The position numbers and the translations under genes were made by a program. The notes under the pieces are model-generated. The model was not told the origin of the DNA. It worked only from the letters and a program-made list of their open reading frames with translations, and made no database searches. A stretch of DNA of 33,607 nucleotides, from positions 1-33,607 of the IMG/VR virus record IMGVR_UViG_3300027744_000063. One strand, written 5' to 3'. How positions within the stretch are numbered: the first letter of the stretch is position 1; the number at the start of each line of letters is the position of its first letter. Source of the stretch: a virus (lineage: Duplodnaviria; Caudoviricetes). Positions 9,801 to 16,582 of this stretch are shown in pieces.

Positions 9801-12800
9801 GTGCAGAAGCCGTTGCCGGTGCTATTCGCAGCATTATTAAAGCGATGGCCGAAGGCGTCCTTGCCATGGGTATTGTGTTCAACCCGAACATTACCAAAGA
9901 TGCATTCACTTTAAATGTTGCTAAGACGTTTGAGCAGACCATTGAAGTAACCCAAGCAGTACCCGCTGTAGCCAAAGCCCAAATGTCGCCTACTGCACAA
10001 GCAGTTTACGAAGCCATGGCTCCCGTTGCAATGAAGTCTGGTAAGTGGTTCATGGTTGCTGACAAGCCTAACGGCATGTTGCACATCTTTAAAGAAGACG
10101 GCTCACACGCATTGTCCGATCCAACGCTGTACGGCAAAGATACCGGCGACGTTCTTGCAGCGGTTTCCTCGCTTGAAGGCGGAGCAAAAGTTACTCCTGC
10201 CGGTAAATTTACTCTCAAAGCTAGAGCATCCACGTACGCTGGCGGCCAAGAGCTCATCTTGGTTGAGTCAAAAGATTACACAGGCTACATTGCCATTCAC
10301 GCTGCAGACACCAGCACACCTTCTGAAAACCGTTTAGGTCGATTAGATACGCCTACCGCAGCAGACAACCGAGTTAGCTACGGCTGTATCAATACCAAGC
10401 ATGATACGTTTATCAACGAGATTGCTCCCAACATTGCCAATCTTGATGGCGGTATGGTGTTTGTTGTGCCAGATGCCCAAGAGCAAGCAGCTCAGATGTT
10501 TGCTGCCGAGACTCGTACAGAGACCCGCACCGAAGGTGGCCAAGGAGCTAAAGGCGTTGCAGCTGCTTCTGTCGTGGGCAAAGAAGAGAACATGCTGTTT
10601 GGTAAAGACTTACCCACAGTACAAGCACCAAAGCTTGTAAACAATGGCCGCACTCTTGATTTGGTTATTGATGGCAAAGTTACCAAAACGTACGACTTGG
10701 TAAGCCAAGGATTGTGGGATGCGTACAAAGGTAGACCTGAAGCGCAAGAAAATATGTTGCAAAACCAAGGCCCGCGACAAATAAGATCAGAAGCAATTGA
10801 AGCTTTAGAAGATGCGCAACGAGTTTATTCGGAGCAAGCCCCTCTGTCCCGAGTTGAGAATGACGCTATCCAAGCGTTGGCTAACAATGATACGTCACTG
10901 ATGAAACGTATTGTGACTAATCTAACAATTAGAGATTCAGTTTTGCGGATGCTGTCTTCGGCTTTGTCGTATCCCGGACAGCCTTATAGTGATTTTAGCG
11001 GTCTTGCAGCCATGAGTGAATATGACTCTCGCGCTAAATTAACTGCGGAAAACATTTTGCGTTACGCCCCTGAGTACATGCTCAAAAATGCAAACATTCC
11101 AGCAGAGTTTAAAGACATTCAGTTCGGTAAAGACCGTGTGGCAAACCAACCTTATACAGCTGTTGGACTAGCCGCTGAAATTAAAAACTTTATTCGCGCT
11201 GACATTACAGACCGCAAATTAGTTATTGTTGACAGTATTGATGATTTGTTAAATTCAGGTACGCCTGAAGTCCAAGCTCTTGGTGAAGCTATTCAAGCTA
11301 AAGGTGCTTACGGTGTTGCTCAAGGCGGAGTTGCTTATCTTATTGCCAACCGCATTCAACAAGGTCAAGGCCGTGCTAAATTTATGCACGAGGTTGGAGC
11401 TCACCTTGGTTTAGAAAACTTGTTGCCTACTGCGGTCTACGACAGATTAGTTGATCAAATTGCGACGTGGGCTGGCTCAAACAGAGATTCTCTTGAAGCT
11501 CAACTAGCAGCTAAAGCTAAAGCCCGTGTTGGTTACGCAAAAACACCTACTGCCGACGAACGTGAAGAACTGCTTGCGTATTTTATTGAAGAAGCCATGC
11601 TTGCCGGCGTTGACCCAACAGCAGCAGGTAAAGAATCTGGCCCGTTGATGGCTTGGTTCCGTACATTGTGGGCTGCATTTAAAGTTGCAGTGCGCAAACT
11701 TGGCTTTAAGCCAGAAAATCTAAAAGCACAAGACGTTGTCAACTTGGCGTTTGGCGCTGCTCGTTTAGAGATGAACGGTTCTTGGCACGGCACTGCTGCC
11801 ACGTTTCGCCGGTTTAACCATGAGTTTATGAGTTCGGGCGAAGGCGCTCAAGCGTACGGTTGGGGCAGTTATATTGCTCAAGCTGTTGGTATTGGTAAAG
11901 GTTATTGGTGGAATGACGTTAAGCGTAAAGAAACATCTACTGTTGAAAATACACTTAAACAATACGTCGGATGGCGTTTTGCCGAATCAGTTTTGCACCC
12001 AGTAGACAGAGAAGAAATTGCTTACGCTGGCTCGCAAATAAAAGTAGCTAAGGACTTAGCAGAAGCAGTTTATATGAATCCGGCTGAGTTTGCGACGCCC
12101 GGCTATTTAGCGCGCCGTTTCCTTGAAGCCGGATTGGACTATATTAAATTAGTTTCGCCAACAGGGGAAAAGAAAACTGTCCGAATTGGTGGCCCAGCCG
12201 GCAACTTAATGCGCGTAGACATGGCGGTGTCTAACGATGAAATGATTAACTGGGATTCGCCTTTTGCGTACCAACCAGAAATTGTTCGGGACTTTGTTAA
12301 AGGCGAAGCTGCTACTATTAAAGACCTGAACGACAATAAAGGCGCTAATATCCGCATTAAAACTGGCGAAGATATTTACAAATATTTAGTTGCTCGTTTT
12401 TGGAACGAGTCTAAAGGCACTGGGCCGTGGAAAGACGCAAGCCCAGAAGTAAGAATGGCCGTCAAAGAAAAAGCCTCTAAATATTTAGAATCCAAAGGCA
12501 TTCAAGGTATTCGATATCTCGACGCTGAAAGCCGAGACAATACTTTAGACAATATCACTTTTAGTAAAAATGGCAAAGTAATAAAAAGCCGCGCCGGTAT
12601 TTTGCAAGCGTACTTTACCCCCGGAGCAATTGTGCAAGGGTATGGCGGCCCCGATAAAGTCATTCGTTTTGACCCTGCCAAAGAACTGATTACAGTCATT
12701 GCTGTTGATAACGACGGAAATCCTCGTCGCGGCGAACGTGAAAGAACGCACTTCACAATACCTAGCGTTAAAGACGTTAGCTTTGCTATGAAAGAGCGGG

Positions 12801-15676
12801 GGTATATTACTAACACAACAAATCGCACGCGCAATTTTGTTATCTTTAATGAAAAGAACATCCAACGTGTTGGTTCTCAAACAGCTGCCGATAAACAACG
12901 CATAAAGTTTGGTGTAAATGCGCCAAACCAAGGAACTATCCAACGCAACATTGCCAAGTTGCCTAGAGCTGCACAGCAACCTGCGCGTTTGTCTTTGGGT
13001 GCTATCGGTGATGCAGTCAATAAAGGCTTAGACTACGTTGTCTTTACCAGCGATTTGGTTGACCGTGCTACTAAGTCAGGCGTTAGTTCTGCTAAAAAGT
13101 TTGTGGACTTAGTTGGCAAAAGCAAATCCGAAGCCCGCGAAAATGAGATTGCCGTTGAGAAAATCTCTGACATGTATGCCCTTGTCCCTGAAAAAGACCG
13201 TGGCACTGGCGATGAAAGCGTAAACCGTTTCTTGTTTGACTCTACACGCGAAGGCAAGTGGGGTTACGGCAAGTACCGCAATGATGACATGGGAGCACGC
13301 TTTGATGCGTTGGCTCCAGAATCACAAGCATATGTAGAAGCTGTCTTTGCCCATGGCAGTGACATGTTGGCTAAGAAAAAGAAACTTGTGTTGGATTCAA
13401 CCAACAGTGAGTATGACGCCATGATTGCTGCTGCTAAGGCCGACGGCGATACAGCCAATGAAGTTAAACTGACAAAAGAAAAAGAAGCTACCCTCAAACG
13501 TTTCCAAACTTTGTTCAAGATTCGTGACGGTATTCCTTACGCTCCAATCAAACGCAATGGTAGCCATGTAGTTATTGCCAAGTCTAAAGAATACTTGGAT
13601 GCCGAAGCTGCAAACGACAAAAAGAAAATTGCTGAGTTGGAAAGCAATAGTGACCACTACCACGTCAGCTTTACAGACGGCAAGTGGGAGGCACGCACTC
13701 TCCAACAGGACTTAAACGACCAAGGTTTCTTTGACGACGTGCAGATTGCCGAGCGCGATACCGTTATTGACGAGATGTTTAGCGGCCACTCTGCTTTGCG
13801 TGAACTGACTAAGATGCGTTCGCGTGTTGATGCGCAAGCCAAGGATGGCGATAAATCTTCGTCTAAGATGCTAAGCCTAATTAGTCAGATGTACTTGGAG
13901 GCGTTGGCAGAGGGTAGTGCTCGCAAATCTGAGATGCGTCGTCGTGGCGTGGCTGGTGAAGTGGACATGATTCGCTCGTTTGCCCAGCAGGGTCGTGCTG
14001 ATGCCAACTTTATGGCGTCTATTAAGTACAACCCACAAGTTCAAGACGCATTGCAAGAGATGCGCAACCAAGTCAAAAAAGGCGACCGCGAACGCAAGTC
14101 AGAAATCTTTAATGAATTGGCTAAGCGTTATGTCCAGTCTTTGGATTATGTTGAGCGCCCATGGTTAAACAAGTTGACTCGCATGTCGTCCTTGTACTTC
14201 TTGGCGACTAGCCCTGCGTATTACTTACAGAACTTGACACAGCCATGGATGATGTCGGTTCCCGCAATGGCCGGCAAGCATAACTACAGCCAAGCATCGA
14301 CAGCATTATTTAAAGCTTACACCGAACTTGGTGGAGTAATGAAGTCTGCCAAGTTGCTAAAACAACAGTTTGACTTTAACAAAGTGCCAGCTGATGTGCG
14401 CGATGCCATTAAAGAATTGGTCAACCGTGGCAAGATTGATATCGGTTTAGATACCGAGATGGGTGAATTTAAAGTCGAAGGTGACGGATACTTCGCTGGC
14501 AAGATTAGCGCTGCTGATAAAGCTCTGCGTTTAGCCGTACAAAAAGTTGAATCTATCAACCGCTTGTCTACTGCCATGGCTGCGTATCGTTTAGAACTAG
14601 CTAAAACTGGTAACAAACAAGATGCTATTAACTACGCTGACCGCATCCTGACAGAGACGCACGGTGACTACACCAGCTTCAATGCCCCTCGTGCGTTTAA
14701 CACTGGCGTGGGTAAAGTAGCATTGCAATTCCGCAAGTTTCAATTAATTCAGTTATCGTTCTACGCCAAACTAATTAAAGACGCTTTGCAGGGTGCTGAT
14801 CGCGCTGCGGCTTTGAAGACTTTAGCTTATTCGCTAGGCCACACAGGTTTGCTTGCAGGAGCTATGGGCATGCCGGGTTACGCAGCTATAGCATGGGCAA
14901 TTAACGCTCTACTTGGTGACGAAGACGAACCATATGACATTACCAACGAAATTCGCAAAGCCATTGGTGACGAACAAGTTGCAAACTTAATTTTGCGCGG
15001 AGCTCCTACACTGGTAGGTGCTGATATTTCCGGCAAGGTTGGTGCGGGCAACATGCTGTCTATCATGCCGTTTAGTCAGGCTGACTTAAGTACAACTGCC
15101 GGTAGAGCCGAAGCTTTTGGTACGCTAATTGGCGGCGCTTCTCTTGGCATGGTCTCAAGAATGATTGATGGTTTGGGTTTGATGATGAGTGGTGATTGGC
15201 ATCGCGGCTTAGAACAAACAATGCCTAAGGGCGTGTCTGATGCTATGAAAGCGTACCGTATTGCCAATGAGGGGATGACTCGCCGTAACGGTGATATTAT
15301 CTTGCCGCCTGACGAAGTATCAGCTATGGATACACTATTCCAAGCTATTGGGGTTCAACCAGTTAAACAAACTGTCACTTACGAACGCCAAACTCTGATG
15401 AAAGAAACAACTCAGAACTTTACTGAGCGCACAACAAAAATCAAAAATGATTATGTCAAGGCAGCTCGTGCTGGTGATTCTGAAGCCCAAGGGGAAGCGC
15501 GGGCCGCTTGGCAGAAACTGCAAGCGGTTAAACGAGAAAACGGCGTAAACACAACGCCTTTGTCTGAGTTACTTAGAGCTCCAGCTGAGCAGAAAAAACG
15601 TGAAAAAATGACAGTTGGTGGTGTACAGTACACTAAAGGAACCCGTAAACTAGCTGAAGAAATCGCAGGAGAATAG
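6836..15676 (+). CDS. Giant polyvalent internal virion protein (2946 aa): HTH, L,D-transpeptidase-like, zincin-like, ART-like and C-terminal LPD/PLxRFG-like regions
   Basis: Uninterrupted ORF with GAGG SD. G/A-rich hydrophobic N-terminus. Motifs IH..SYGCIN, HEVGAH, WHGT..GEGAQAYGWGSY and THGDY..QFRKFQ. Confidence 0.85.
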   Translation: MARILSQEEIDAQFGGGFRAEIAPAGLGTRFGAAIDRSQAGLLGIGEAAGLPLGDLRRQNQFEQEESMQRYFRDNPNDPQSYKDVEGVGSALRYARGLAIDSSPELITSLATGGTGALMGLGTAGRIGLAAAANYPSAVGDILQNQRQEAGQTALGVAGLLGVPYAAADLVGLDAALASGKMMRTGIKRLDEMQGVRGGLARTGANVALNAPIEGASETFQELVNQAGRMAVNPRQTMFNPEANERYLESFIGGATLGGAASGVLGGWRRSEQYQPPEQETDLLSGQKPQAPAPQQYGLVTQPAPLQQRIDQQLGIGARTTPKDYAKQFAAAYDEPSGQYATDPVTGLEKQLSVGEYQQMTNASLDLTESKPAIAAAATAVNAKIERDPKDLFIRDTLKVIPNQYSRQLFDIMAESGVDPQSDLMAPIWNYAAQKYMGKGRYEKAVQLMDEAIINARKGAPSGIPTSTGLGTAGGVGVGGAVVPGAVGAAGSAPSIQGAVGGTAAGTGAPLQQAGILPDTSGQPSTTVTTAPTDLTTPAATTSKFRRAPKPMTVLEAAEAAKAQQTGTRKQATLARGEVTPDVVSKLSDDQLATELTNVNISDAEYALLQQEQARRSQKDAVDERQVVLRQIFGDRNGDIIFDVVGMGMSEPEAAAKYNTSRQNIQKIAGATGQKTWPERILRAKTKFGLTDAQIADAFNTTAPDSLESQVQTDVFGQSQERMDEGEAIEAGLENIVKTAGASTAAVEGFTDLQNEIDATLEALAAETDEAVLKELNEKLAEQLVKVRAVEKRAQAEVRANAGRKSKKDEADEAVAETVKPVGEPDAVQVTSTAVVPVQPKTEAGKGVGGQVRRTEKPASKGQVTVQGQAKEQVNKGQVLWNNLVAKTPGLVPYEQLTKLEQDYLTDLAVRTNGKPVVAKEMGLQQLLTKEPITIEGETRIIDEQVTTQVAALPAPQVERLEQHYGAKRGSAEFLEKVQADITKYVTQGAEAVAGAIRSIIKAMAEGVLAMGIVFNPNITKDAFTLNVAKTFEQTIEVTQAVPAVAKAQMSPTAQAVYEAMAPVAMKSGKWFMVADKPNGMLHIFKEDGSHALSDPTLYGKDTGDVLAAVSSLEGGAKVTPAGKFTLKARASTYAGGQELILVESKDYTGYIAIHAADTSTPSENRLGRLDTPTAADNRVSYGCINTKHDTFINEIAPNIANLDGGMVFVVPDAQEQAAQMFAAETRTETRTEGGQGAKGVAAASVVGKEENMLFGKDLPTVQAPKLVNNGRTLDLVIDGKVTKTYDLVSQGLWDAYKGRPEAQENMLQNQGPRQIRSEAIEALEDAQRVYSEQAPLSRVENDAIQALANNDTSLMKRIVTNLTIRDSVLRMLSSALSYPGQPYSDFSGLAAMSEYDSRAKLTAENILRYAPEYMLKNANIPAEFKDIQFGKDRVANQPYTAVGLAAEIKNFIRADITDRKLVIVDSIDDLLNSGTPEVQALGEAIQAKGAYGVAQGGVAYLIANRIQQGQGRAKFMHEVGAHLGLENLLPTAVYDRLVDQIATWAGSNRDSLEAQLAAKAKARVGYAKTPTADEREELLAYFIEEAMLAGVDPTAAGKESGPLMAWFRTLWAAFKVAVRKLGFKPENLKAQDVVNLAFGAARLEMNGSWHGTAATFRRFNHEFMSSGEGAQAYGWGSYIAQAVGIGKGYWWNDVKRKETSTVENTLKQYVGWRFAESVLHPVDREEIAYAGSQIKVAKDLAEAVYMNPAEFATPGYLARRFLEAGLDYIKLVSPTGEKKTVRIGGPAGNLMRVDMAVSNDEMINWDSPFAYQPEIVRDFVKGEAATIKDLNDNKGANIRIKTGEDIYKYLVARFWNESKGTGPWKDASPEVRMAVKEKASKYLESKGIQGIRYLDAESRDNTLDNITFSKNGKVIKSRAGILQAYFTPGAIVQGYGGPDKVIRFDPAKELITVIAVDNDGNPRRGERERTHFTIPSVKDVSFAMKERGYITNTTNRTRNFVIFNEKNIQRVGSQTAADKQRIKFGVNAPNQGTIQRNIAKLPRAAQQPARLSLGAIGDAVNKGLDYVVFTSDLVDRATKSGVSSAKKFVDLVGKSKSEARENEIAVEKISDMYALVPEKDRGTGDESVNRFLFDSTREGKWGYGKYRNDDMGARFDALAPESQAYVEAVFAHGSDMLAKKKKLVLDSTNSEYDAMIAAAKADGDTANEVKLTKEKEATLKRFQTLFKIRDGIPYAPIKRNGSHVVIAKSKEYLDAEAANDKKKIAELESNSDHYHVSFTDGKWEARTLQQDLNDQGFFDDVQIAERDTVIDEMFSGHSALRELTKMRSRVDAQAKDGDKSSSKMLSLISQMYLEALAEGSARKSEMRRRGVAGEVDMIRSFAQQGRADANFMASIKYNPQVQDALQEMRNQVKKGDRERKSEIFNELAKRYVQSLDYVERPWLNKLTRMSSLYFLATSPAYYLQNLTQPWMMSVPAMAGKHNYSQASTALFKAYTELGGVMKSAKLLKQQFDFNKVPADVRDAIKELVNRGKIDIGLDTEMGEFKVEGDGYFAGKISAADKALRLAVQKVESINRLSTAMAAYRLELAKTGNKQDAINYADRILTETHGDYTSFNAPRAFNTGVGKVALQFRKFQLIQLSFYAKLIKDALQGADRAAALKTLAYSLGHTGLLAGAMGMPGYAAIAWAINALLGDEDEPYDITNEIRKAIGDEQVANLILRGAPTLVGADISGKVGAGNMLSIMPFSQADLSTTAGRAEAFGTLIGGASLGMVSRMIDGLGLMMSGDWHRGLEQTMPKGVSDAMKAYRIANEGMTRRNGDIILPPDEVSAMDTLFQAIGVQPVKQTVTYERQTLMKETTQNFTERTTKIKNDYVKAARAGDSEAQGEARAAWQKLQAVKRENGVNTTPLSELLRAPAEQKKREKMTVGGVQYTKGTRKLAEEIAGE
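8220..8420 (+). CDS. Putative overprinted gene (66 aa, acidic, W/L/E-rich) in the +1 frame of the giant gene
   Basis: AAGGGAG (8207-8213) lies 6 nt before GTG. The host frame becomes low-complexity G/A/V/T with many GGA codons over this interval. Confidence 0.6.
   Translation: MAYQLQLDWELQEAWESGALSFRELWELQDQLLLSKAQLVELPPELEPHFNKLVFFQTPAVNHLPL
9312..9458 (+). CDS. Putative overprinted gene (48 aa, basic) MPFKSQAQQSYLFSQKPKLAKEWAAKYGVPKNLPAKAKSPSKVKPKSK in the +1 frame of the giant gene
   Basis: AGGAGA (9301-9306) before ATG 9312. In-frame TAG just upstream (9300-9302). TAA at 9456-9458. Below the ORF-track size cutoff. Confidence 0.7.
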   Translation: MPFKSQAQQSYLFSQKPKLAKEWAAKYGVPKNLPAKAKSPSKVKPKSK

Positions 15677-15677
15677 T

Positions 15678-15932
15678 ATGGCTAAGTCACCAGCATGGCA
15701 ACGCAAAGAGGGGAAGTCCGAGAAGGGCGGCTTGAACGCCAAAGGCCGAGCCTCTTACAATGCAGCCAATCCGGGCAAACCGGGACTCAAGGCTCCACAG
15801 CCAGAGGGCGGCCCACGCCGAGACTCTTTCTGTGCCCGCATGGAGGGCATGAAGAAGAAACTAACAAGCGAGAAGACGGCCAAAGACCCGAACTCGCGGA
15901 TCAATAAATCATTGCGCGCATGGAATTGCTAA
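15678..15932 (+). CDS. Small basic conserved phage protein (DUF6321-like)
   Basis: AGGAG SD. AWQRKEGK..GGLNAKGRASYN..RRDSFCARM..SLRAWNC pattern recalled from environmental phages. Confidence 0.75.
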   Translation: MAKSPAWQRKEGKSEKGGLNAKGRASYNAANPGKPGLKAPQPEGGPRRDSFCARMEGMKKKLTSEKTAKDPNSRINKSLRAWNC

Positions 15933-15933
15933 C

Positions 15934-16116
15934 ATGGCTACCAAGTCTAAAGTAAACGCTGCGGGCAACTATACTAAACCTGAGTTGCGCAAACGAATTG
16001 TGTCGCAGGTAAAGTCTGCTGCTACCCAAGGGACTGGTGCAGGCCAATGGTCTGCTCGTAAAGCACAACTTGTAGCCAAGAAATACAAAGCCGCAGGCGG
16101 GGGGTACAGAGATTGA
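15934..16116 (+). CDS. Small basic protein, N-terminal half of a DUF5872-like family
   Basis: YTKPELRKRI..GQWSARKAQL..YKAAGGGY motif. Confidence 0.75.
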   Translation: MATKSKVNAAGNYTKPELRKRIVSQVKSAATQGTGAGQWSARKAQLVAKKYKAAGGGYRD

Positions 16117-16346
16117 AAGCCCCTCAACAATCCCTGAAAGACTGGGGTGACCAAAAATGGAGAACCAAAAGTGGTAAAAAATCATCTGATACGGGCGAAA
16201 GGTATTTACCTGAGTCTGCAATTAAAAGTCTTAGCCCTGCTGAATACGCTGCGACAACGCGTGCAAAACGCGCTGGCAAAGCTCAGGGGAAACAGTTTGT
16301 AGCTCAACCAAAAAAGATTGCTGCAAAAACCGCGAAGTACCGTTAA
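16113..16346 (+). CDS. Small basic protein, C-terminal half of a DUF5872-like family
   Basis: TTGA overlap with the previous gene. QQSLKDWGDQKWRTKSG..GERYLP..GKQFV motif. Confidence 0.75.
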   Translation: MKAPQQSLKDWGDQKWRTKSGKKSSDTGERYLPESAIKSLSPAEYAATTRAKRAGKAQGKQFVAQPKKIAAKTAKYR

Positions 16347-16367
16347 CTTTTTTTATTGGAGAATATT

Positions 16368-16505
16368 ATGTACGGAAAAATGATGATGCCTAAAGCTACT
16401 GCAAAAGCTGGTAAAAAAGCTGCGCCTTTTAAGCCCTGTGCGGGTTGCCCAAACAAAGCTAAATGCTCTGCAATGGGTAAATGCATGAAGGCTAAGAGCA
16501 AATAA
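16368..16505 (+). CDS. 45-aa basic four-Cys protein MYGKMMMPKATAKAGKKAAPFKPCAGCPNKAKCSAMGKCMKAKSK
   Basis: GGAG SD 5 nt before ATG. Codon use resembles neighbours (GCT/AAA). Ends directly at the terminator. Not in the ORF track. Confidence 0.75.
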   Translation: MYGKMMMPKATAKAGKKAAPFKPCAGCPNKAKCSAMGKCMKAKSK

Positions 16506-16540
16506 AAAAACCCCTCGGTTGTTACGCCGAGGGGGGATCT
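16504..16540. terminator. Intrinsic terminator between the convergent arms (clear for - strand, possibly bidirectional)
   Basis: A7-CCCCTCGG-(8-nt loop)-CCGAGGGG. On the - strand the stem is followed by T7. Confidence 0.85.
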
Positions 16541-16582
16541 TTCAACCACGAAAGGAGCTAGTCATGGCAACCAGCGTGGTAA

